Shown here one piece after another: positions 1 through 9,800 of a stretch of 23,898 bases of DNA. The DNA comes from Promethearchaeota archaeon (GTDB lineage: Archaea > Asgardarchaeota > Lokiarchaeia > Sigyniarchaeales > SOKP01). The position numbers were made by a program, and so were the translations under genes. The notes beneath the pieces are model-generated. The model was not told the origin of the DNA, ran no database searches, and was given only the letters and a program-made list of their open reading frames with translations. Numbering within the stretch: position 1 is the stretch's first letter; each line of letters begins with the position of its first letter. Where the stretch lies: assembly GCA_016839745.1 (NCBI GenBank), contig JAEOTS010000134.1, forward strand, positions 1 to 23,898, given 5' to 3'.

Positions 1-38
1 ATAAAAAAAAATCTAGACTGCCAGATAATACAATATGA

Positions 39-1010
39 TTAGAAATACAAATTTGAAGGCTCAAGGATATTCGGAAAATAAGGACGAAGATAATTCCGCG
101 CGCTAAAACAAACATGGCATTTGTCTGCATATCCACTTAATGGTTCATATCCTTTTTCAATTGCCATTTCAAGGAGATTTTGCGGCCCTCCCTTAGCTAC
201 TACTTTGCCTATGATTGGATGTTTTCTATAATTGAATTCACTCATAATTTGAGATAGACTTTTTTCCTTGGCATTCCCGATGCAAATTCCATGACAAGAA
301 TGATGAAAAACCCATCCATTAGGATCTATCATAAACATCGGAATTTTAAAAACAAGACATCTTTCTGAATTTATTACTGTCGTAGAGAAATAATTTGTAA
401 GTTCGTTTGCCGCTCTACCCATTACATTTAACTCACTATTGATTTGGTGGAAAAATTCAAACTCTTTTGAAAGCTCACCAGTCATTGCTTTAGTTTTTTC
501 GTTAAAAACATTCTTTTCATCTTGACTTCCTAAGTATTGTGATAACACAGCTATCCATTCAATTCCTGCTTCATGTGCAGCTTTTATCGCTCGTTTTACG
601 ATATCTAGTGACACAAATTCTTGATGAAATGCATCAACACTAAAACTAATGCGAAAAAGTCCCGCTTTTTTTAATTTTTGGGCATATTCCTTGGCTGTAG
701 ACTCATTATTTCCCCAAAAACCATTCGTAGGTAAACCTATCTTTGAAATATCAAATCTATTCACTTCTTCAATAAGGCTAACTAGCAGATCGAAATTTAG
801 AAGGGGTTCTCCACCAAAAAAGCCAACTTCATCAATCTTATAATTGGAAGTTATGTCCTGCAGATATCTTTTAACATCCTCTAATTCTATTGTAATTTTG
901 TCTTGATTTGGAGATCCTCGAAGAGCACAATGCTTGCATTCATTAGTGCATTTATAAGATATTAGGAAACTTAAGAAAGGGATTTTTTTTAGAATTTCTT
1001 CAGTAGTCAT
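39..1010 (-). CDS. Radical SAM protein with Cys-containing C-terminal (SPASM/twitch-like) extension
   Basis: CxxxCxxC motif (CTNECKHC), GGEP, PTNGFW, SFSVDAFHQ; extra Cys in the C-terminus (RCLV, SCHGICIGN, DKCHVC). Confidence 0.9.
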   Translation of the reverse strand: MTTEEILKKIPFLSFLISYKCTNECKHCALRGSPNQDKITIELEDVKRYLQDITSNYKIDEVGFFGGEPLLNFDLLVSLIEEVNRFDISKIGLPTNGFWGNNESTAKEYAQKLKKAGLFRISFSVDAFHQEFVSLDIVKRAIKAAHEAGIEWIAVLSQYLGSQDEKNVFNEKTKAMTGELSKEFEFFHQINSELNVMGRAANELTNYFSTTVINSERCLVFKIPMFMIDPNGWVFHHSCHGICIGNAKEKSLSQIMSEFNYRKHPIIGKVVAKGGPQNLLEMAIEKGYEPLSGYADKCHVCFSARNYLRPYFPNILEPSNLYF

Positions 1011-1089
1011 ATTTTTATCAACCCACTTTTAAATTTAAAATTATGCTAGGTTGAATAGAAAAATGAAATAAAAATAGAAATATTAATTT

Positions 1090-1713
1090 TTAGATAAAAG
1101 GTTGTCTTATAACAGTTTTCATGGTTGCAGGATTAGCTTTCCTCGGATCACTTAGATAAATTTCATGGTGTTTATTTTGGTGGCCATCGAATTTACCACC
1201 TTCTTTCTGAATAAGATCATGAACCTTCTGGACCGTAGGACCCTCCTCTGAATAAGGACCAATATGCATAATCTGAGCTGCTTTTCCTTCTTTATATTTT
1301 TCTAATCGGAGTTCTGGAAGAAGGTTTGAAAGTTCAGGTTTCTTTTCCTTGGTAATAGCTATAGCTTCATTAATCATATCTTGGGTAATCCAATCAGGTT
1401 GCATAATCATCATTGTCCATTTCCACTTATCTCTATTACCTTCGATAAAGTCTTTCATATCATCTGCCCACCACAAACCTTCCAAAGGAGGCACTACATA
1501 ATCTTTCCCTTTTGCTTTGCTTAAGAATTTTGTTTTGAATGATATAGGATATAAAGCAGCGAGAGCATCTTGATATTCTTTTGAATCTCCAGGAGACCCC
1601 ATTCCATCAATCATTAGGAACTGCATTTCAGGTACGTTAACTAACACAACTTCATTTGGTTTGGGTTGATAATATTCCTTCATACTTTTCTTGAAGTCTA
1701 CTTTAGTTGACAT
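1090..1713 (-). CDS. GyrI-like small-molecule-binding domain protein
   Basis: Typical motifs FLMIDGxGxP, VVPPLEGLWW, WKWTMMIMQP, HIGPYSEE, HHEIYLSDPRK; GTGA RBS upstream. Confidence 0.9.
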   Translation of the reverse strand: MSTKVDFKKSMKEYYQPKPNEVVLVNVPEMQFLMIDGMGSPGDSKEYQDALAALYPISFKTKFLSKAKGKDYVVPPLEGLWWADDMKDFIEGNRDKWKWTMMIMQPDWITQDMINEAIAITKEKKPELSNLLPELRLEKYKEGKAAQIMHIGPYSEEGPTVQKVHDLIQKEGGKFDGHQNKHHEIYLSDPRKANPATMKTVIRQPFI

Positions 1714-1741
1714 TTTTTATCACTTTAATTATAATAAAAAA

Positions 1742-2296
1742 TTAAGGAATTACTAATATACCAATGAAATCAAGCACTATGAAGATTAAGCAGATTATCT
1801 CCATTAGTGTCCAAAGATTTCGCTTTAAACTCCTCAAACCTCTCCATACTTTTCCAGAATAGCTTATAAAATTGTAAATTATAATTATAATCCATGCGGT
1901 CAAAAGAAATGCTATTGGTAAGATCAAAACATAAACCTCTCGTCCCATAAAATCTAAGAGATATTTATAACCCAAGATAGAAAACGCGTTAATGACCAGA
2001 GTAAAACCGAATCCGAACGAATACTCTGCAAAGGTAACAAAATTTCTAATTTTATTTTCTGATATCTTCCCCACTTTGGCCTCAAAATTAGCTCTAGAAT
2101 TAGACGAGACGGAATTGACGAAAAACACAAACGAAAGCATTAGTAAGAACGTGATGCTGACAATACCTGTGGAAGGACGCGCTTGCCAAATTAAAGCGAG
2201 GATTGTTAAGACCGCAGCAATCATAGTCGTGCTAAGAACAATCCAGTCTCGAACATTTAAATTTTTAGCATTGTTATTTTGTTCCATAATATTCAC
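1742..2296 (-). CDS. Hypothetical integral membrane protein (about 5-6 TM segments)
   Basis: Several hydrophobic segments; co-oriented and closely spaced with the two genes downstream. Start may be GTG 2296 or ATG 2287. Confidence 0.75.
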   Translation of the reverse strand: MNIMEQNNNAKNLNVRDWIVLSTTMIAAVLTILALIWQARPSTGIVSITFLLMLSFVFFVNSVSSNSRANFEAKVGKISENKIRNFVTFAEYSFGFGFTLVINAFSILGYKYLLDFMGREVYVLILPIAFLLTAWIIIIIYNFISYSGKVWRGLRSLKRNLWTLMEIICLIFIVLDFIGILVIP

Positions 2297-2467
2297 TAAA
2301 AACTTCGATTAATATTTAATTTTCTCTTTTATATCAAAATATAGAAAATCTAAGCAAATTCTGATATTTGCACTATTTGTTCATCTAATTGTTCAATCAA
2401 TAATTCACTAAACATAACATAAATTTATAAATAATCATTTCAATTGATCATATGGAGGTAATTTATT

Positions 2468-3430
2468 ATGGAAATCATGAATGAAAAAGATAGAAAAAAA
2501 ATGATCGTAGATTCGCACAAATTTGGAGGTATAAGTCTAAGGCGTCAAATGTTAAGAGTACACAAGAATGGGGCTAAATTTCCTATAAGTAAAGCTTATA
2601 TTGATGACGAACTTCTTGATCCTGATGTGTCTTATACTCTCATTTTAATCCCTGAAGCTAAACTCGCTACAAAAACTACTGTTTCATTAACTTTCTTTAA
2701 AAGGAGAAGTGGACCTCATATATTCTACTCATTTCCAGAGGATGTTCTTAATAATTTAGAAAAAGAAAGTATCGGTGAAATAATGATTCAAGCTTCTAAA
2801 GAAAGATTCTTTATCAATCAATCAAGCATTATATCTTCCGCAAATTATTATTTTGAACTCTACTCTGATTGGGCTCGTGGAAATAAAGAAATGGTAATGA
2901 TTAGTGTAAGCTTAGATAGGAAAATTAATCAAGCGATTGAAGAAATAATTCAATCTTTCTGCACTGATTTTGAATCACAATTAAATGCTACTCAAGATAT
3001 TTTCAAAGCTTTATACATAAATGACCTAGATTCAATTTCTGAAGAAGAACACGCATATATAAAAAGATTTAACGAAGATTTGAAAGGCAATTTAAGAGAA
3101 TTCTATAAAAAAATAGAAATCTTGCTACATCAAAGAAATTCGAAACATGAAATAACCGTGTCATTGGAGATTGAAAAAAAGTTGGACTTGAGTCAAATCG
3201 CTCAAAAAATCGAAGGTGCTGAGTTTAATCCAGAGAAATTTCCCGGGTTGATTATAAAAAACCAGAACCCAAGCGCTACAATCATCTTATTTTCTAAAGG
3301 TAAAATGGTGATAACTGGTTTGAAAAGAACTTCTGAAGCAAAACAAATTGTCGATAAAGTCATTAATGAAATCAGGGAAATAGGTATAAGCCTAGCGAAC
3401 CCAAAAATTTCGATTGAAAGTATCAAATAA
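2468..3430 (+). CDS. Multidomain protein: small N-terminal domain, putative longin/uDENN-like domain, and a single C-terminal TATA-binding protein (TBP) repeat
   Basis: Residues ~227-320 (LDLSQIA..AEFNPEKFPGLII..ATIILFSKGKMVITG) match one TBP repeat. The middle region (FFKRRSGPHIFYSFP..YFELYSDWARGNKEMVMIS) resembles Asgard longin-like domains (recalled, not searched). GGAGGT RBS at ~2454-2459; TATA-like TTTATAAA at ~2424. Confidence 0.85.
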   Translation: MEIMNEKDRKKMIVDSHKFGGISLRRQMLRVHKNGAKFPISKAYIDDELLDPDVSYTLILIPEAKLATKTTVSLTFFKRRSGPHIFYSFPEDVLNNLEKESIGEIMIQASKERFFINQSSIISSANYYFELYSDWARGNKEMVMISVSLDRKINQAIEEIIQSFCTDFESQLNATQDIFKALYINDLDSISEEEHAYIKRFNEDLKGNLREFYKKIEILLHQRNSKHEITVSLEIEKKLDLSQIAQKIEGAEFNPEKFPGLIIKNQNPSATIILFSKGKMVITGLKRTSEAKQIVDKVINEIREIGISLANPKISIESIK

Positions 3431-3582
3431 TAAAATAGAATTTTATCAAGATTTTCTTTTAATTCACTTTTTTTTAAAAATTATATTATAATTACACGCT
3501 TTCTAATATCATTTTATGGGTGATTTTTTAGTAAATTAACAGTCTGTATCCCTTTATTTTTGTCTACTGTTAAATTTAAATT

Positions 3583-3741
3583 ATGTCATCAAAAGTAGTG
3601 TCTTATTTCGATTGGGAACTTGGATTTAAAAACCCGAGATCAGAGATTTCGAGTACGAAAAAAATTAGCTTGAATTCAATTGGAATGAATGATGATGATT
3701 TTAAGAATCATTTAAAGAAATGGAAGAACAGCAACCTTTAG
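3583..3741 (+). CDS. Small hypothetical protein, 52 aa (MSSKVVSYFDWELGFKNPRSEISSTKKISLNSIGMNDDDFKNHLKKWKNSNL)
   Basis: Manually translated ATG..TAG ORF below the track's length cut-off; lies in a 400-bp intergenic gap with a TATA-like element at ~3481-3491 and a T-run downstream (~3759-3767). Confidence 0.5.
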   Translation: MSSKVVSYFDWELGFKNPRSEISSTKKISLNSIGMNDDDFKNHLKKWKNSNL

Positions 3742-3831
3742 AAAATATTATAACTTGAACTTTTTTTGTAACTCTAATATAAAACTTAATGATATAATCC
3801 ATTTCGATCTTAAATTTTAAATTAACACAAA

Positions 3832-6800
3832 TTATACTGCAACTTCAGTAAGGTAAAGAACAACTAATAACAGAGCCCAAATAATCGTTAGGATTATTAA
3901 AATTATTGTTGTATAAAACCTCCACTTGATTGAAATCTTCTGTTTTTTCTCGATTCTATATATATAAATTGCCAATATTGCTCCTAATATAATTATGGAA
4001 GAAAGTATCAGAATTATACCAAAAAGAAAAGATTCAATGTAAGGTATTATTAATGCGAACACAAAAACTGTAAAACTTATCCAAAGAGTTATAAAACGTT
4101 GCATTCTATTCTTAAAAATCTTATCTATGTCGTCAGTTTTCTTGGGTGGGAGTAAAGAAATAAAAATTCCAGAATTTGCTAATGCTAATAGGGTTGCATG
4201 ATCCCCTCCTAGCAAAGGTATTAAACCAATTTCTTTAGAAAAAACTATTCCCACTGTTATACCCGCAAACACACAAAGAATAATTTCTATAACTCTAAGG
4301 TTATTTTTTAAGAAATTGATAAATGAATAATATACTCTTAGAAGAGAATTCTTTAGCTTGACATATATCAATCTTAAATTGTCTAGTATATTATTGAAGA
4401 AAGCCTTCAATTCTTCCAGCATAAAAACAAATAGGTATAACCAAATTCCTATAAAAATCCATGAGAAACTCCATCCAGATAATGATATATTAAAAGTAAT
4501 TATGCTTAACAACAAGAACAAAACGAGAGAATAGAGGAAAGAGCTAATTTTCTTACGTTTAAATGGTTTAAATAACGCTAAATTTATAATCATAAAGAAT
4601 AACAAAGAAAGGCTAAGATTAAGAATTAAATTGGGATTTACAAAGATTTCTAATGCTAAAAATATATCAAAAGATAATAAAACTTCAGTTAGAATGAAAC
4701 TAACAATCCTTAGATTCTTCCTAATCTTTTCAGTTACAGATTTAATGTTGTTGTCTAAGAATGTCAATCCAAGTAAAATAATAAATGACAAAAGAACTAA
4801 GTTTAGCGAAATAAAGAAATCAAGGCTAAGATAATATAATGGCCAAGTAATTAAATTAAGATAAACTAATCTCACAAGTGAATCTTTAATTTTAGATTGG
4901 TTTGACTTGATAAAATCCCAATCTTTCAATAATCTAAATAGGTAGGCGATTTGTATTATTAGGAGAAATATAATTATCGGTATTATCTGAACAAAGAATA
5001 TGGAAATCCAATCAAGATAGAATAAGAATGAAAATCCAATTAAAATTATCCACGAAAAGCTTATAAAGAAATTCGAGGCCTTTCCTAAAAACTTTAAAGC
5101 ATATTTATCAAATAACGCTAGTAAATGTGTGGTCAGGCTTAAAATCAAGACAATTAAATGAAATTCAAACCCAAAAAGTACTAAAGTATTGAGAATGCTA
5201 CCTAAAAGTAGAAAATAGACACCCCATCCTAATATATTCTGTCTTAAATTCTTCCATTTTTCAAATGAAGTCAATTTATCAGGATTAAACTTCCGCCTAA
5301 TATCGAAATATGAATAATTCGTGTAAAATTGCATTAAAATCGTTAAAAACGCTATTAAAACTAGAGAAAGCATAGAATCACTAAATATCCTATATAAAAT
5401 TATAAAAAGGATCCAAGAGATATTGATAAAACTAAAAGTATGAACTATTTCCATATATCCTTCCTTAAGACGCTTAATAGCATAAATTTCTAATATGCTT
5501 ATCAAGAATAACACAATCTGGGAAAACAATAAGCTTTCATAGAGGGCAAAGAATAACTGAAATAAGCCTAAAAACAAAAGAGAGGCTTCTAGATAAATGC
5601 TAAATATAATAAAAGAATAAATTTGCTTTATATTTTTCTTCCATTTCTCACTTCTAGTGAGTTTTCCTGAAAGATAAATTGTATAAGATGTGAAAATCGT
5701 TTCAGATAATAAAACTAAGATAATCCTGAATAAATCAAGAAGACTAAATATAGTGAAAAAAGATACCCAAAATACCGCAAAAAAGATTTGAAAGAAAATA
5801 AAGGCGCACAATAAAATACTTTTTTTAAGTTTGATTTCGATAGTACGATTTATTAATCCGTTTAGTACTAGCATCAATAAAGAAAAAATCATTCCAGAGA
5901 AACTTAATGAAGGATACCCATCTAATAATGGATTATATGTTATTAATAAACTACTTAACAATAATGAAATATATAAGCTAACCACGATGAAAATTGAATT
6001 TAATAGAATGTTCTGTATCTGGTTTCTAACTTTCCTTATTTTACTCGCTTCATATTGAGTTAATTTTTCAATGTAATAAGAGAGAGCATAGAGCGTATAA
6101 AATTGTAAAATCAAGAGTATAACTAGATTTAGTACTAATAAAGATGCATCTATCGCGATAAACTGGTTCAAAAACACGAATAGACTAATGGAAGTAATTA
6201 CATACGCTATTAAATTAAAAGCATATATGATTTTTTCGTTAACCTTCTTTATAAGGTGGATTTCGAATAAGGTTGAGATAAAAAATATTATTATGGAAAT
6301 TAAAACTGTTTCAAAGAAGCCAAAATCCACAGCTTCACTAATCAAACTAAAACTCAGAAGTCCAATCTCAAAATGTAATAACAATGAGAGAACCGATTCA
6401 GCTCTAAGCAAACCAAAACCTTTAAGATCCTCTTGAATTTTAACTTTTTTACTATACAACTTACATGGAATTTGGAATAAGGCAGTATAAAGTATCAAAG
6501 ATAATAAAATTATAATAACCGGAGATTGAAATAAAAGATTTAACACCATAAATTGTAAAACTATTAAGATTATTGGAATTGGAAAGGCATACCACAATAT
6601 AAATCGGTATTCGTAGAGTATTGATCTTAGTAAAATTGAATTTACTAAGATAAAAACAGCAATTGCTAAGTAAATAAAGCCAGGTAGGAAATAGTATGTT
6701 AAATAAGAAAGCGTTAAAGATACACCAAGTGATAGAATCGTTAAGGGAATTATTTTTTTTATCGGGATAATCATCCTAAACTTGTTAAATACGAAAAGAG

Positions 6801-9800
6801 AGCCCCCAAATACCGCTATCGCTAGAAATATTGAAAAAAGTTCGAGACCAGGAATCATAATAAGTGTGAAATAAGTGAACAAAGAGAAGTTTATAACCAG
6901 TATTGTGGAGATTAAGGTATTAAAAAAAGTCTTGTTGAGTTTGAGGAGTCTTGATGAAAATAAACTCAAAGCAAGTGTTATAAAAGCAATATTTATTGAT
7001 ATAGGTAAATTTTTGATTATCGCATTTATAATGCTAAAAATTGTAAGAAAAATTCCAACTAAAGAAATAAAATAAGATCCTACGAGAATTATGTTTTTGA
7101 TGTTCTTAAGATTAGGGAAAAATGACAAAATGAGAAAGAATATACCTAATATTATTAGATTGATTGATAAATTAATCTCTAGCGGTAGAAGGATTGCAGA
7201 GAATAAAGTGAAGAGGAAAGTAATGTTTACAACTATATAGAATAACCAAAGAATAGTTATAATCTTCCATAATCTTAATCGATAAATTATTGGTACTAGC
7301 AAAGAAATAGCGAAAACGACAAACACGATATTGGTTATCAGCACATTATTACTAAACACGTTTTGACTAAACCAATATAAGAAAAACAAACTGAAACTCC
7401 AAACTATTATGAGTACTTGAGAAAAATGCTTTTTAATCCACGAATACCAAAATGGTAATGAAAGTAGTATACAAATTACAAAGGATATTATGAAAGAGCC
7501 ATTAATGCTTAGTATGTCAAAGAAATTTAGAGCATTCGTATAAATATTGACATTTGTAAATATCTCATTAATGAGATAGAAATTAACAAAAGGGACTAAT
7601 ATCCAAAGTCTCCAACCAGTTTTCCAAATTGCCCAGGAAAACTTCCAGTAATAAATTCCGATTGATATGTAAAATAGAGCTATTCCAATATTAATCGTTA
7701 TTAAAAACAAGAAGGTATCCCATAATGGCAGAGAAAGTAGAGCATTTAAGAAGAAATACATAAACACAGGAAAAGAAATTGTGTAAATTGAAAATGCGAT
7801 ATAAAAGCTTATTTTTCTGAACTTTTCAGGTGTTTTATTGTATGTTCCTACATAGGCAATCCCTGTAATGGTTGAAGTTAATGTGAAAGTTAGTATTGGA
7901 TTAAAGTTCATAAAGATAGGGTTATTAAAGAGGATAAAATAGGATAGATAACTCATAAAACTAAAAGTTAGTAGTAGTACGCATGGTCTAATAAACCATT
8001 TATAGCGCTCATCTTTTTGTCTATAGAAAAAATTTCCAGTTAATATTAGGAATATAAATAAAGAAATTGATATGTTGTAAATCAAAGGTATACCTGTATT
8101 TATAATTAATAACAAAAGCGAGGTTATGGAGATTAAAGCGTATAGCGTAAATTTTTCGACCACATTTGTTTTCTTCATGTTGAATACGATTGATAAAAAT
8201 AATACTAAAATCATAGAAAAACCATAAATGAAAAAATAAACTGTGAAATAAGAAAAACTAAATGTGGGAATTAGCATATAGAGATTTAATGTGAAAATCG
8301 CTTTAACAAATATAAACCAACTAAGAGAGATATAAAATATTATACGAAATATAAAATTGCGATTCCTATTAGATATAAATAAGAAAAGCGGCATTAAGAA
8401 GAGTATATAAGAAAAGTATTCGAAAATAATTGGAAATATAGAAAAAAGAGAAAATAAAACCAGTAATGAACCGCTGAATATTTTTATCATTCTAAATTCT
8501 GATGCTCTTTCAATTATAGTATCAAATTTAAGTATATAGTAATTAAGAAACAGATATATAGCACATAGTACAAGTATGATTTGGAGTGCCTGATTCGAAC
8601 TAAAAAATGGAATATTGGAAGAAAATATCCAGAATAAATCAACAAAAATAATTATTAAAGCTAAAGAAAAAAGATAGAAAGTGAGTTTCTTAGATAATCT
8701 CAATGACTCATCAGAAATGGAAAATATCCTTCTTAAATAATAAATAGTAATCGGGCTCATAAAGATGATGATTAGAAGTGGTAATACTAACCTTAAAAGG
8801 ATAGAAATTTGAATAGGCAGAATAAAAATATAAAGAATAATAAGCAATTTAATAAAAATCCAAGCTGAAATTTCGAAAATACTTTTAATTTTTAAGAAAT
8901 CTACTTTAAATAAATATCCACAAACTGCTGAAATGATTAGATATATCGACATGAATATACCTAAATTAGTAATTGTAATTAAGAGTAAAGATTCTGGAAG
9001 ATACAATAGAGAGAGTAAGCTATGAGACGGTATTATTAGTGCTAAAATAGCAGCTATAGAAGTTATAATGGCAAAAAAAGAGATATTCTTGGTGTACTCG
9101 TATATTTTATAGATTTTATAATAATCAAATTTACTTACATCGTATTCGAAAATTCTTTGTTTTAGGTTTTCTAGCAGAATTAAAATGGCAAGGTTTATAA
9201 TGAAAAAAGTCAGACAAGAACAACTTATATTTAGCCAAAAATTGGTTGTTATAGAATCTATTAAACTATAAACCTTTAAGGCAATAAGCACAGATATCGT
9301 TATCCAGATAACAATCTGGGAGGTTTTAAGAGAAACAATACGATTTTCTTTGAGCTTATATTTATCAAAAAGAAATTCCAAGAATCTCAAAAATCCAAAA
9401 AATAAAAATATTGTAGTAAGGATTATGAAATAATAATCAATAACCATTCCAAATCTGATTAGCTCCAATCCTATTATAGTTGGAAGGGACATAATTAACG
9501 CAGATATTAACAGACTATCTACCAATAACATTTTTTCTACAAGTTTACTGAAAACCTTCTTGCTTGAGGAATAAAACAATGGAAGTAGCATTAGTAAGCT
9601 AAAAACTAACAGAGGAATAACAAATACAAGAACCGAGTTATTAGTTAATAAATATATGTAGTAAGAGCTTAGAACGCTTGTAAAACTTAAAGCTAAGATA
9701 TTAATCCCAATTGCACTCTTATCTGAAAAAATTATTCTATTTTTAGATAAAATATTGATGATAAAGCAAATTAGAATAGTCGAGAAGTACGCTGATAAAA

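Noticed and set aside
39-1010. Radical SAM enzyme as maturase for the small peptides
   Set aside because: It is 2.5-14 kb away, in a different transcription unit, with no precursor-recognition domain evident.
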